NCBI GenBank assembly: GCA_964625625.1
Contig: CAZVEG010000002.1
Location: 15,865-79,864 of the forward strand
Length of the DNA stretch: 64,000 nt
Origin: an uncultured Leptospirales bacterium
Lineage (GTDB): Bacteria; Spirochaetota; UBA4802; UBA5368
Direction of reading: 5' to 3'
The position numbers were made by a program, and so were the translations under genes. The notes under the pieces were generated by a model. It was not told the origin of the DNA. It did no database searches and was given only the letters and a program-made list of their open reading frames with translations. Positions 49,416 through 59,611 of the stretch are shown one piece after another. Position 1 is the stretch's first letter, and each line of letters begins with the position of its first letter.

Positions 49416-49877
49416 TCAGCCGCGCTTCATCCTGAGGTTCCTCCTGGCCGCGGCCTCGGCGTTGCGCCTTTTTTGTTCGGCGGTTTCAATGACCAGTTCG
49501 GGAATCTTCATCGGCCGGCCCTGCGCGTCGAGCGACACGAAGGTCAGGTAGGCCGACGCGGTATGCCGTACCACCCCGGTGATGAAATTCTCGGCCTCGA
49601 CCCGTACCCCCACCTCCATTGACGTCCTGCCCGCGAAGTTAAGGCTGGCCTTGAGACGCAATATGTCCCCGACGTAAACCGGGCTGTGGAAATCCAGCCG
49701 ATCGATCGACGCGGTCACCACGTTGCTGCCGGCATGGCGTGCCGCCACGATGCCCGCCGTAGTGTCGATGGCCTTCATTATGACGCCGCCATGCACGTTG
49801 CCCGCAAGGTTGGCGTCCTGGTGTGACATCTGCTGTACCATTTCGATCGCGCTTTCGTCAATCCGCTTCGCTTCCAC
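49416..49877 (-). CDS. hotdog-fold acyl-CoA thioesterase (YciA/4HBT-like)
   Basis: ANLAGNVHGGVIMKAIDTTAG active-site region typical of 4HBT/YciA thioesterases. GTG start. Confidence 0.75.
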   Translation of the reverse strand: MEAKRIDESAIEMVQQMSHQDANLAGNVHGGVIMKAIDTTAGIVAARHAGSNVVTASIDRLDFHSPVYVGDILRLKASLNFAGRTSMEVGVRVEAENFITGVVRHTASAYLTFVSLDAQGRPMKIPELVIETAEQKRRNAEAAARRNLRMKRG

Positions 49878-49924
49878 ATTCCCCTCCCCGTTCTCTCACC
49901 GTTTTCCGCCATCCGGAACATAAC

Positions 49925-50848
49925 TCAATCGGGACGCGAAAAAAATTCACGTATCATGTCCGTCACCTGTGCGGGCTTCTCCATCGGAATCAGGTGGCCC
50001 GCGCCGGGTACACTGGCATACTCCCCGCGTGGCATGAGCGAGGCCGCCTTTTTCAGATCGATGAACTGGCGGTTCTCGCTTTCCTCGCCCTCCACCACCA
50101 GCACCGGGCACGAGAGCTTCGGCAGCAACGGCCACGGGTCATACTGCATCCCCCCCATGAACAACGACGCCTCCCGCCTCGGCGAGCATGCGAGCGTCAA
50201 CCCTTCCGCGGGCGTGTCCACCATCCCGTGGCTTATGTACAGGTCGAGCATCTCCTCGTCCCAGTTTTTAAAAAGCGCCCTGGTGCGCAGATACTCCTTT
50301 GCCGCTTTGCGGTTTTCCCAGTTATTTCTGCGCTTGATGGATTTTGAGGCCAGCGGATGCTCATCAACACCGATCTTCACACTATAGAAATCCCGGGGCA
50401 GGAAAATCGGTTCTATGATCACCATGCGGTCAGCCGGAGAGCCGTGCACCGCGTTCGCGATCGCCATGACCGTCGCGCCCATTGAATGACCCACAAGGCT
50501 GGGGTTGCCGATATCCAGTGCCTCGCAAAACCGGCACAGGTCCTCGGCCAGGATCATCCAGCTCAGGCCCCCGTCCTCCGGCTCGGCATAGCGGTGGTCA
50601 CAGAAATAGGGCGCGATGATCCGGTATTCCCCCACGAGTTTCCTCGCTATGGGGTGCCAGAGCCAGGGGAGAAAACCCGTGGCATGGAGCATCATGACAG
50701 TCGGACCATCCCCATTGTACTGCAGGTATTCGATCGCGGTATCTCCGATTTTGATTTTCAGCAGTGATGGATCCATATTAACCCTGCCCCCCTGAAAATG
50801 AACAACACCCATTCCATCAAGTATGCGCCAGGCGAGCGGCCGTGTCAA
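49925..50848 (-). CDS. alpha/beta hydrolase (serine nucleophile GHSMG)
   Basis: GHSMGATV nucleophile elbow and an HxxxxD-like C-terminal region. The ORF track begins at a TTG. The ATG for MDPSLLK about 24 codons downstream is a plausible alternative start. Confidence 0.7.
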   Translation of the reverse strand: MTRPLAWRILDGMGVVHFQGGRVNMDPSLLKIKIGDTAIEYLQYNGDGPTVMMLHATGFLPWLWHPIARKLVGEYRIIAPYFCDHRYAEPEDGGLSWMILAEDLCRFCEALDIGNPSLVGHSMGATVMAIANAVHGSPADRMVIIEPIFLPRDFYSVKIGVDEHPLASKSIKRRNNWENRKAAKEYLRTRALFKNWDEEMLDLYISHGMVDTPAEGLTLACSPRREASLFMGGMQYDPWPLLPKLSCPVLVVEGEESENRQFIDLKKAASLMPRGEYASVPGAGHLIPMEKPAQVTDMIREFFSRPD

Positions 50849-50942
50849 GAACGAGTATCGATCGGCCGCCGGGTCCCCATTTATGCTTGAATACGCGGCA
50901 CCGGCCTGCTATCTTGAATATCGGGCACCCCGTGACCGGCGC

Positions 50943-50975
50943 GAACTTTTTGCCGAACCCTGTAACAGGAGCAGC
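50943..50975 (+). promoter_or_regulatory. possible ECF (sigmaE-type) promoter upstream of htrA
   Basis: A GAACTT -35-like hexamer about 75 nt upstream of the htrA ATG, with a weak tgtaac -10-like element. htrA is a classic sigmaE regulon member. Confidence 0.25.
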
Positions 50976-51019
50976 CCGGAGAAACCCTATTCCCCAATTA
51001 CTATGGTAAGGAGTCCGAG

Positions 51020-52162
51020 ATGAACGCCAGGAGAACCGCAATACTGCCCGTATTCCTCATTCTGCTCGTATCACTGTTCATTTACCCGTTCTCATGCTCA
51101 CAGAAGGACGCACCCGTGTTCGGCGAGTCCTCACAGTCACCGGTGAAGTCCAGCGCCGAGGCCGTGAAGGCCACGGAAATTCAGAAAGCCTTCAGGGACA
51201 TCTACGACATCTACAAGGACAGGGTGGTGTTCATCGCGACCGAACAGACGGTGAAGATTCCCCAGCACCCGTTTTTCAACGACCCGTTTTTCCGCGAATT
51301 TTTCGGCGCCCCGCAGCAGGGCCCCCGCACCCAGCGGCGCACCGGACTGGGAACGGGATTCATTCTGTCCGAAGACGGCTACATCTGCACTAACCATCAC
51401 GTGGTTTCCGGCGTGGATAAAATCGCGGTCAAGATCAACGAGAAGGAATACCCGGCGACCATCATCGGATCGGACCAGAAGACGGACATCGCGCTTCTGA
51501 AAATATCCCCCAGGGAAAAGCTGCGGCCCGTGTTCCTTGGCAATTCCGACGAGGTCCGGGTCGGAGACTGGGCCATCGCGATCGGAAACCCCTTCGGACT
51601 CGACAAAACCTTCACGGTGGGAGTGATAAGCGCCACCGGCCGCAAGGACGTGGATATGATGGGAGGCTCCCAGTCGCACATACAGACCGACGCGTCAATC
51701 AACCCCGGCAACTCAGGCGGTCCGCTCATCAACATCAACGGCGAGGTCATCGGCATCAATCGAATGATCTACTCCAACAGCGGGGGCAGCCTGGGTATCG
51801 GTTTCGCCATTCCCATCAATACGGCCAGGTCCATACTCGAGCAGCTCAAGACGCACAAGAAGATCAAACGGGGGTATATCGGCGTCCAGATCGTTCCCTT
51901 CACCGAGGAATATGCCGGCCAGATCGGCCTCAAGGCGGCGGAAGGCGCGCTGATCGGCGGACTGGAGGACAACGGCCCCGCGGCCAGGGCGGGCGTACAG
52001 AGGGGCGATGTGGTGATCAGGATCAACGACACCCCGATCAAAGACTATAACGCGCTCGTGGATATCGTGGGCAAGACACCCATCGGGAAGACGCTCAAGG
52101 CCACGGTATGGAGGGAGGGAAAGGAGCTTAACCTGTTCATAACGGTTTCAGAGCGTCCATAG
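51020..52162 (+). CDS. htrA: periplasmic serine endoprotease DegP/HtrA (trypsin domain + PDZ)
   Basis: Signal/TM N-terminus. Catalytic motifs GTGFILSEDGYICTNHHVV, D and GNSGGPL. One C-terminal PDZ domain. Confidence 0.9.
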   Translation: MNARRTAILPVFLILLVSLFIYPFSCSQKDAPVFGESSQSPVKSSAEAVKATEIQKAFRDIYDIYKDRVVFIATEQTVKIPQHPFFNDPFFREFFGAPQQGPRTQRRTGLGTGFILSEDGYICTNHHVVSGVDKIAVKINEKEYPATIIGSDQKTDIALLKISPREKLRPVFLGNSDEVRVGDWAIAIGNPFGLDKTFTVGVISATGRKDVDMMGGSQSHIQTDASINPGNSGGPLININGEVIGINRMIYSNSGGSLGIGFAIPINTARSILEQLKTHKKIKRGYIGVQIVPFTEEYAGQIGLKAAEGALIGGLEDNGPAARAGVQRGDVVIRINDTPIKDYNALVDIVGKTPIGKTLKATVWREGKELNLFITVSERP

Positions 52163-52284
52163 TACCATCCAACGATAACCTCACAATCCTCCCGAACCGC
52201 TGAAAGCGATTGCCGGTCAGGATTTTCCCCGCCCGCCACGGGGAAAATCCTTATCCATAATCATCGCCGGAAATCTCAAATGCG

Positions 52285-52560
52285 TTGACGCCGCCGATGG
52301 CCGATGCTAACCTGCCAGTATCGAGCGGCGTGGCCGAAATCGCCGCGGGGAGGCTGGCTGTGCGGGAAAGCAGCCGTTTTTTACTGTATCTCGGGGCTGC
52401 CCTGTGTGTCCTGTACCTGGGACTGCGGTATATCATCCCCTTTATACTTAAAGCCCTCGCCGGCATTCTCGGGTTTATGGTGCATGCCGCCATCATACTG
52501 CTGGCGATATTCGGCCTGCTCTGGCTCGTCGGATACATATCGAAGGCCTCCCGGCGCTGA
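52285..52560 (+). CDS. small hypothetical membrane protein (2 TM)
   Basis: Two hydrophobic helices. No homology recognised. Start uncertain. Confidence 0.3.
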   Translation: MTPPMADANLPVSSGVAEIAAGRLAVRESSRFLLYLGAALCVLYLGLRYIIPFILKALAGILGFMVHAAIILLAIFGLLWLVGYISKASRR

Positions 52561-52664
52561 ATCCCGCGAACGAAATAATTTCTTGATTAATTCGGCCATC
52601 GATACAAATCTGGGCGCGCTGAAATGCGCGGGACCATACTGAGCACGGGAAAGGACTTCCGTAT

Positions 52665-54953
52665 ATGGAAGACATCAGGATCAATATCCTTAAAATAGAA
52701 AAGGGCTTCCTCATATCACTGGCGGTAATATCGCTCGTGGGAGGCGTCGTTTTCGGCTACATTACCGCGCAGATAAAGAATTTCTCCGGAATACAAAACC
52801 TCCGGCAATTCCAGGTAAGCCTGCCCACAAAGCTTTACGACGTCAACGGAGAGCTCATCGCGGAGCTTTTTCGCGAAAAAAGGGAGCTGGTCGCCTACGA
52901 GGACCTTCCCCGCAACCTCATAAACGCGTTCGTCGCCGCCGAGGACCGCGAATTCTACAGCCATTTCGGCATCAACCCGTTCGCCATCGTCCGCGCCATG
53001 GCGAAAAACCTGATCGCCGGCAGGGTGGTCCAGGGTGGATCGACCATCACGCAGCAGCTCGCCAAGAGGCTTTTTACGAGCGGCGAACGCACGCTCGCTC
53101 GAAAGGCCATGGAGGCCGTGCTCGCGCTGCAGATCGAAAAGAGGTTCTCCAAGGAGGAGATCCTCGAGATGTATTTCAACCAGATATACCTGGGCCACGG
53201 CTGCTACGGCGTCTCGTCCGCGGCGCGGCTGTTCTTCAATAAAGACGTACGCCAGCTCGATGTCGCCGAGAGCTCCGTGCTGGCCGCCCTGCCCTCCGCG
53301 CCGGGACGCCACTCCCCGCTGATGAACACGCGCGAGGCCTATGTAAAAAACCGTGACACCCTTACCCGCATGGTTGACGCGGGATACCTGAGTGAAGAGC
53401 GCGCCGACAGGATCTACCAGGAATTCTGGCCCGTCTTTGTCGACTCGATCAAGACCGAATTCACCACCAAGAACGCGTTTTCCAGGAACGAGGACCGCGC
53501 GCCTTATTTCACCGATTATGTCCGCCAGATACTCACCGCCCGTTTCGGGAAGGAAGCGGTTTACTCCGATGGAATGTCGGTATATACAACCCTCAATCTC
53601 AAGCGTCAGGAGATCGCCGAAAAATACTTTCCTCCCGCGCTCGTCAAACAGAACTCCGTTTCGGAGCTCGCCAACAAGTACTCCAACAGCGCTGTCGACC
53701 GAGGCCTCTTCGGTGCGTACGAGACCCTGCGCATGGTGTTCAGCCTGCCCGGCGTCTATGTACGAAACGACTTCGAGACTACCGTTAAAAAGAAAATGGT
53801 GGAAGAAGTCGTGGATTCCATCGATATCATCTCATTGCTGATGGACGTCCGTTCTTCTTCACAGAGCATCGATGCGTTCAGGACCGCCACCTCCGCGATC
53901 TCCTCGACCCTCAAGGTCGAGGGCGCGTTCCTGGCGATCGAGCCGAAGACCGGCTACATCACCAGCATGATCGGGGGTTCCGGGTTCAGCGTCAACAACC
54001 AGTTCAACCGCGCGGTACAGGCGCGGCGCCAGCCCGGTTCGGCCTTCAAGCCGTTTGTCTACGGTGCCGGGATGGAAAACAAGATCATCAGTCCCAATAC
54101 CGTTTTGCCCGACGCCCCCCTCGTCGACATAGACGAGACCGGCGAGACATGGGCGCCCGGCAATTACGAGGGCAGCTTCTCCGGCATGGTGAACCTCCGC
54201 CGGGCGCTCGCCGCGTCGATCAACGTCATTTCGGTGCGCATTTATGATATCGTCGGCGCCGATCGGATTATCGACTTCGCCTCGCGCATGCTCAAGGTTC
54301 CCCAGGCCCGTTTCACGCCCAGCCCGTCGCTGGCGCTTGGCTCGTCCGAACTCACCCCCCTCGAAATAGCCACGGGATACGCCATCTACGCCAATCGCGG
54401 CCGGGACGTGTTCCCCTTCGCGGTACGCTTTATAGTCGACCGCGACGGAAGCGAGCTCGCAAACATCGAGGAGGAGGTTGGCAACATCATCGCCGCCAGG
54501 GAAATGGACGGCAGCATACAGGTAATCTCCGAGCAGACCGCGTATATAATGACCGATATGATGCAGGCGGTCGTGAACGGCGGCACCCCCACGGACGCCA
54601 TCCGAAACACCGCTCAGTTTCACAAGAAGTGCGCCGGCAAAACCGGCACCACGTCGAACTGGACCGACGCCTGGTTCTGCGGTTTCACCCCGGACATCGC
54701 CGCGGTCGTCTGGTTCGGCTATGACCGGCCGTTCATGTCGCTCGGCAAGCACCAGGCCGGGGCCGGAATTGCGGCACCGGTATGGGGACACTACATGCGG
54801 GAGATCTATAACGGCATGAGCGATCCCGTTTTTCCGGGCGAACCCCCGGGAACACACTACGTACCTTCATACGGCGGGGAGGGCGAAACCGGAACCATGA
54901 AGTCAATACTCGACGTTTATATGGAAAAAGAGGGCCTCAAGACCAAAGAATAA
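52665..54953 (+). CDS. class A penicillin-binding protein (GT51 transglycosylase + transpeptidase)
   Basis: N-terminal TM anchor. GT51 motifs EDREFYSHFGINPFAIVRA and GGSTITQQL. Transpeptidase SxxK / SxN / KTG(T) motifs. Confidence 0.9.
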   Translation: MEDIRINILKIEKGFLISLAVISLVGGVVFGYITAQIKNFSGIQNLRQFQVSLPTKLYDVNGELIAELFREKRELVAYEDLPRNLINAFVAAEDREFYSHFGINPFAIVRAMAKNLIAGRVVQGGSTITQQLAKRLFTSGERTLARKAMEAVLALQIEKRFSKEEILEMYFNQIYLGHGCYGVSSAARLFFNKDVRQLDVAESSVLAALPSAPGRHSPLMNTREAYVKNRDTLTRMVDAGYLSEERADRIYQEFWPVFVDSIKTEFTTKNAFSRNEDRAPYFTDYVRQILTARFGKEAVYSDGMSVYTTLNLKRQEIAEKYFPPALVKQNSVSELANKYSNSAVDRGLFGAYETLRMVFSLPGVYVRNDFETTVKKKMVEEVVDSIDIISLLMDVRSSSQSIDAFRTATSAISSTLKVEGAFLAIEPKTGYITSMIGGSGFSVNNQFNRAVQARRQPGSAFKPFVYGAGMENKIISPNTVLPDAPLVDIDETGETWAPGNYEGSFSGMVNLRRALAASINVISVRIYDIVGADRIIDFASRMLKVPQARFTPSPSLALGSSELTPLEIATGYAIYANRGRDVFPFAVRFIVDRDGSELANIEEEVGNIIAAREMDGSIQVISEQTAYIMTDMMQAVVNGGTPTDAIRNTAQFHKKCAGKTGTTSNWTDAWFCGFTPDIAAVVWFGYDRPFMSLGKHQAGAGIAAPVWGHYMREIYNGMSDPVFPGEPPGTHYVPSYGGEGETGTMKSILDVYMEKEGLKTKE

Positions 54954-54975
54954 TTGCCCGACGTTTTTTTTGTTC

Positions 54976-55003
54976 TTGAATTCGCTCCCGCCTGTGCTAT
55001 AAT
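54976..55003 (+). promoter_or_regulatory. sigma70-like promoter (TTGAAT, 16-nt spacer, TATAAT) upstream of carD leader
   Basis: ttgaat at 54976-54981, a 16-nt spacer, and tataat at 54998-55003, about 260 nt upstream of the carD ATG. Confidence 0.45.
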
Positions 55004-55223
55004 CGAAGCCTGTTTGTAATTATACCAAAAATAAAACGGTACTGTTCAGTTTGTCGCCGCAGGCGATAGATCATGGACGACGGGGGCGTGCGGCCCGATG
55101 CGGACCCTGGTCGGATTCCTCCGGAGCGTTTTGTCAATGGCTGCATTGCGCTCTTCCCGTGCGCCGGCATGGGAAGAAAGGTCGCATACGCGTCATTTTG
55201 CGTATCGTTTAAAAATTCGCGAT

Positions 55224-55254
55224 CTATAGAGGGGGCATTCTTCCCCCTCTATAG
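55224..55254 (+). promoter_or_regulatory. perfect 12-bp inverted repeat (ctatagaggggg cattctt ccccctctatag) immediately upstream of the carD RBS
   Basis: The arms are exact reverse complements with a 7-nt spacer. The repeat ends 10 nt before the ATG at 55265, and GGAGAGGG lies between them. Confidence 0.5.
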
Positions 55255-55264
55255 GGAGAGGGCT

Positions 55265-55744
55265 ATGTTTAAGGTCGGAGACAAGGTTGTCTATCCCATG
55301 CATGGGGTCGGAAGTATCGATGCTATCGAAAAAAAGGTCATTCTTGGCAAGAGAAACCAGTTTTACATGGTAACGATCATCAACAGCGGCATGAAGGTGA
55401 TGATCCCGGTGGACAAGGCCAAGGAAATCGGCCTGAGATCGATCATCTCCAAGCGCGAGGTCAACAAGGTGCTCGAGCTGCTTAAAAAAAAGGAAGTAAT
55501 CACCGAGGATGACTGGAAGCTTCGCTACCAGGGCAATTTCGACAAGGTGAAGAGCGGCTCCATCTATGAAGTGGGCGAAGTGGCCCGCGACCTCTACCGC
55601 AGGGGAAGGGAGAAGGAATTATCCATCATGGAACGCAAGCTCTACGAGAACGCCTACCAGCTGGTTATTCACGAGATAGCGCTCGCAAAAAACATCGACA
55701 CCGAAGAAGCCGGCAACCTGGTTTCCGAAGCCCTCTCCGTGTAA
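55265..55744 (+). CDS. carD: CarD/CdnL family RNA polymerase-binding transcription factor
   Basis: [23 protein letters not shown]...[13 protein letters not shown]-interacting Tudor-like N-domain and a helical C-domain. About 159 aa from the internal ATG. Confidence 0.8.
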   Translation: MFKVGDKVVYPMHGVGSIDAIEKKVILGKRNQFYMVTIINSGMKVMIPVDKAKEIGLRSIISKREVNKVLELLKKKEVITEDDWKLRYQGNFDKVKSGSIYEVGEVARDLYRRGREKELSIMERKLYENAYQLVIHEIALAKNIDTEEAGNLVSEALSV

Positions 55745-55871
55745 ACCCGCGTGCGGCCGGAGGTCATCCGGATTCACCGCACGGGGGACAGCCAAACGGT
55801 GGCGCAATCGGCACCGATCCGGTGATCGGTCCATTGCTTGCCGCCGTCACAAATCCAAGGAGTCATCCGGT

Positions 55872-56876
55872 ATGATAGCTATTTTCAGAATTCTCTTTAT
55901 CGTCGCTTCGGTCGTCTTCACCTCGCTCTACTATATCAACGTTTCACTGCAGGCGGTGATTCTGGGCGGGCTTATTTCCGCCGTCGCGGCACTGGCGATC
56001 ATAATCGTCATCGAGTACGTGTCCCACACCTTTTCCACCAGGATACTGCTGGCGGCGCTCCTGGGGCTTTTCGTCGGGCTCATTTTCAGCCACCTGCTGG
56101 TCATCGCGTTCGTCTCGATGCCGCTGCCTATATCCGCCGAATCCCAGTCCGTTGTCAAGGCACTCATCTACCATGTAATCGGGTTCGCCACGATGCTGTT
56201 TTTCGTCATCAACAATGACAGCATCTCACTGCTCGATTACATCATCCCCGAGAAAACCGAAGAGGGTAAAGAGAGCGGGATAGCATATAAAATACTCGAC
56301 ACCAGCGTCATCATTGACGGACGTATCGCGGACATATGCGACACGGGCTTCATCGAGGGCATACTGGTCATACCCAACTTCGTCCTCAACGAGCTGCAGA
56401 TGATCGCCGACTCCGCCGATTCCATCAAGCGTAACCGCGGCCGGCGCGGACTCGACATCCTCAACAAGATGCAGAAAGACCAGACGATCATGGTGAAGAT
56501 CTCGGACATGGACTTCCCGGAGATACACGAGGTCGACGCCAAGCTCGTCAAGATGGCCAAGGTGATGAAGGCCATGGTGATCACCAACGATTTCAACCTC
56601 AACAAGGTGGCCGAGTTTCACGGCGTGAGGGTCCTCAATATAAACCAGCTTTCGAACGCCCTCAAACCCATCGTCCTTCCCGGCGAGGAGATGAAGGTCG
56701 CGCTCATCAAGGAAGGCAAGGACTCCAACCAGGCGATCGGATATCTCGACGACGGCACAATGGTTGTGGTCGAAAACGGACGGCGCCGCCTGGGGCACGA
56801 GGTGGAGGTCATCGTGACCTCGGTGCTCCAGACGACCGCGGGGAGGATGATCTTTGCCCGCATCAGGGAAGACTGA
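55872..56876 (+). CDS. YacL-like membrane protein with PIN and TRAM domains
   Basis: Three to four N-terminal TM helices. PIN domain ([14 protein letters not shown]...[11 protein letters not shown]). C-terminal TRAM-like beta-barrel ([24 protein letters not shown]). Confidence 0.75.
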   Translation: MIAIFRILFIVASVVFTSLYYINVSLQAVILGGLISAVAALAIIIVIEYVSHTFSTRILLAALLGLFVGLIFSHLLVIAFVSMPLPISAESQSVVKALIYHVIGFATMLFFVINNDSISLLDYIIPEKTEEGKESGIAYKILDTSVIIDGRIADICDTGFIEGILVIPNFVLNELQMIADSADSIKRNRGRRGLDILNKMQKDQTIMVKISDMDFPEIHEVDAKLVKMAKVMKAMVITNDFNLNKVAEFHGVRVLNINQLSNALKPIVLPGEEMKVALIKEGKDSNQAIGYLDDGTMVVVENGRRRLGHEVEVIVTSVLQTTAGRMIFARIRED

Positions 56877-57447
56877 AATAAAGGTCCTCGCGCTTTTTGG
56901 AAGCCCCCGCAAAACGGGGGCTTCGTCGACCCTCCACGAGTCTTTTCTCGGCGGACTGGGATCCGCCGAGATCAGGCGCGTTCATCTCTACGATACCTCC
57001 ATCCATCCCTGCACCGCATGCGGCCATTGCACAACGGCCAGGGAATGCATTTTCAAAGACGATATGACGCCGTTCTATGACGCGATCGACGAGGCCGACC
57101 TGCTGTCAATCTCCATGCCCCTGTATTTCTCCTCTCCTCCCGGTCCGCTCAAACTCTTCATCGATCGCAGCCAGGTTCTGTGGGAAAGCAGGCGGCGAGG
57201 GGAGCGATCCGGAAAACACCAAACGGGAAACCTGATCTGTACCGGCGGCGCGCGATACCGGGACATGTTTCTGCCGACGGTAACGATCATCCGTCATTTT
57301 TTCAACGCCCTTGAATACGTTTATCGAAAGGAGGATTTTCTCCTCCATGCCGACATGGAAGGACGGCATTCAGGCGATATCCCCGGAGAATACCTGTCCG
57401 GTGCGCTTGAACTCGGCACCTCCTTTCGCCAGCGCCTTCACCGGTAA
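56854..57447 (+). CDS. flavodoxin-like fold NAD(P)H-dependent FMN reductase / iron-sulfur flavoprotein-like protein
   Basis: [16 protein letters not shown] flavodoxin-like N-terminus followed by a compact Cys cluster [13 protein letters not shown]. Confidence 0.5.
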   Translation: MPASGKTEIKVLALFGSPRKTGASSTLHESFLGGLGSAEIRRVHLYDTSIHPCTACGHCTTARECIFKDDMTPFYDAIDEADLLSISMPLYFSSPPGPLKLFIDRSQVLWESRRRGERSGKHQTGNLICTGGARYRDMFLPTVTIIRHFFNALEYVYRKEDFLLHADMEGRHSGDIPGEYLSGALELGTSFRQRLHR

Positions 57448-57574
57448 GCCGAATCCGACCCGTATATATCCTCAGACGCACAAGCTTTGCCGCGATCACC
57501 CGATCATCGACCTTTTCATGGTTAATATCGGCGCTCTTCCTTTCGATAATAGAAGTAAAGCGGCAGGAGTAACA

Positions 57575-58843
57575 ATGCAATTAATCGTCGAACTCCAGGT
57601 TAAAATCAGCAACGGCTCCCTCGGCGCGTTTACCGACGGGCTTCACCGGCACGGGTGCCGTCTTCAACTGCTCCATCTCAAGGACAGCATCGAGGAATAC
57701 GAAATCTACGACGCGGAAATCATCCATTCGGACCCTGAAGCATACGAGGCTTTCATTGCCGCGGCGGCGACGGCACGCGACTCATACCAGATACTGGGCG
57801 AACGCAATGTGCTCGAAGATTCAATCGCCGGGGGCCTGCTGAATGTGGCCGGAAAGACCCCTATTGAAAATCAGGGTGATTATGATCTGCGCCTGCTGGG
57901 ATCGGCGGCGCTCATGCGCGAGATGATACGCCAGGGGAAAGGGGACCACTGCACCGGAATACTGAAGACGGTGGCGATGTTGGGCTGCGTCAAGAAGAGG
58001 ATTGAGCCCTCGCTGGATACCATCCGGCTCTGGCATGCGGATCTCGAACGAGATTCCGTAATTACGGGTCATTTCACGGGATTGAACGCCTTTCCACTCA
58101 TCATCACCTACGGACAGATCGAGGATCTCATCAAAACGATCCAGGGCATCGATGCCGGATTCGTCGCGCTTCGCATAACCGGAATCGAGGACGTCGACGA
58201 CAGCGGGGTATACGAGCAGATCATTTCCGAGATGTCGCTGCCGCTGATATCCACGGTGTACGATGAGCTGCCGCTCCTCCTGCTGGTGGAGACCCTTCAC
58301 CTGCTCGAAAGGGATCACCTGGGGCTTCCGGAGGCGACCGCGGGGATAATCGGCATAGACACGAGCTCCCTGCGCATGACGCGCCTGCTTCACGGGCTCG
58401 GCTGCCATCGGGTACTGGGATACGATCATAACGAAAAGCACATGCTGACCTTCGAGAAATCGGGGGGGCTTGCGACCACGCCGGAGAACATCTTCAACAA
58501 TGCGGATGTGATACTGTTGTTCAAAAATCACTTCACCATCGACGAGTTCCACCGTATACGGGCCGGGCAGATCCTCATCTCGCTTATCGAGTTCGACGAG
58601 CTCGAGCGGGGCATCATCGTCGAAAAGGGCATACGGGATTTCGTTTCCCGCCAGCGCATCGATCCCGCGGTGGTCTTCCCGGGCCTCCTCAGCGGACTGC
58701 TCAAGACGGGCGCCCGGACGATCGACGACGTCAAACTTGTTGAAACGGCCAAAAAGATCAACCGGCAACGCGCAAGGGACAAGCGCCCTCTCTCGCTTTT
58801 CATGAACGCGCACGACCTCGTCGCGCGCTTCATGATCGATTGA
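57575..58843 (+). CDS. ACT-domain + Rossmann-like domain protein of unknown function
   Basis: ATG at 57575 with a GGCAGGAG RBS. An N-terminal ACT-like beta-alpha-beta-beta-alpha-beta segment, then a nucleotide-binding-like region GIIGIDTSSLRMTRLLHGLGCHRVLGYD. No confident family. Confidence 0.3.
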   Translation: MQLIVELQVKISNGSLGAFTDGLHRHGCRLQLLHLKDSIEEYEIYDAEIIHSDPEAYEAFIAAAATARDSYQILGERNVLEDSIAGGLLNVAGKTPIENQGDYDLRLLGSAALMREMIRQGKGDHCTGILKTVAMLGCVKKRIEPSLDTIRLWHADLERDSVITGHFTGLNAFPLIITYGQIEDLIKTIQGIDAGFVALRITGIEDVDDSGVYEQIISEMSLPLISTVYDELPLLLLVETLHLLERDHLGLPEATAGIIGIDTSSLRMTRLLHGLGCHRVLGYDHNEKHMLTFEKSGGLATTPENIFNNADVILLFKNHFTIDEFHRIRAGQILISLIEFDELERGIIVEKGIRDFVSRQRIDPAVVFPGLLSGLLKTGARTIDDVKLVETAKKINRQRARDKRPLSLFMNAHDLVARFMID

Positions 58844-59611
58844 TCAGCGCTCGCCGACGATAAGCCAGCGGATTCCGCTGAACTCGAACGGGTGGTACTC
58901 GTAGAACTTCCCGTCGGCGGACACGACCCCGGCCTTACCGGGCTCCATTCGTTTAAACAAAGGGTGCTCCGTCATAATGAGTTCCCTGCGCGGGGATATC
59001 CGGTATCTTCCCTCGTAATCGAGTATCTCCGTTTTCCCGTCCAGGTATCCCTCTATCTTCTCAATTCCCGTCTGCAGAATAAAAATCCCGTGGAAGGAAT
59101 TCTCCACAACGATTCTCGAGCTGATGAAAATACCATACCGCCCGGACCCCGGGGGAAAAAACGCGACGTCCTCCACGTGAAGCTCCCGGTCCTGCTGCGC
59201 GAAACACCTCGCCAGCGGACTATCCGAAAGGGCCGTTCGGACGTTTTTTCCGAAGATGTCGTCGTTCTCGCGACTGTACACCACAACGCCGTGTTTGTTT
59301 ATCAGGATAAAATCCGAGTACAGACCCTCCGTAACCGCGAAGATCATTTCCGAGATATGCTCGCGCTCCAGCAGGTAATACTTCTTTCCGCCGCCGTCCA
59401 TCCGAAGAAAATGAGTGAGCATTTTAACGATGTCGTGTTTCTGCACCACCTTTGCGCCGCTGCCGGCGTCCTTTGCGCAAAGGTGGAAAAAGGCCGCAAG
59501 CTTTCCGTCCAGTGGCGAGAGCTCCTGTTTCACCGGAGCTTCTTTTTTAACAGAACAGGAAGCATTCAGCGCCATAAATACCGCCATACATACTATCCCA
59601 AGTTTTTTCAT
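58844..59611 (-). CDS. lipoprotein with Cache-like extracytoplasmic sensor fold (hypothetical)
   Basis: Lipobox MALNASC. About 230 aa mixed alpha/beta ectodomain with no output domain. Confidence 0.35.
   Translation of the reverse strand: MKKLGIVCMAVFMALNASCSVKKEAPVKQELSPLDGKLAAFFHLCAKDAGSGAKVVQKHDIVKMLTHFLRMDGGGKKYYLLEREHISEMIFAVTEGLYSDFILINKHGVVVYSRENDDIFGKNVRTALSDSPLARCFAQQDRELHVEDVAFFPPGSGRYGIFISSRIVVENSFHGIFILQTGIEKIEGYLDGKTEILDYEGRYRISPRRELIMTEHPLFKRMEPGKAGVVSADGKFYEYHPFEFSGIRWLIVGER

Noticed and set aside
50823-51023. 66-aa ORF ending in an ATGA overlap with htrA, and an apparent 1-nt frame inconsistency between the ORF track and the printed sequence near the T-run at about 50875-50882.
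   Set aside because: The ORF lies in the htrA promoter region with no homology and is probably spurious. I treated the off-by-one as a numbering or homopolymer ambiguity, not as evidence of a frameshifted pseudogene.
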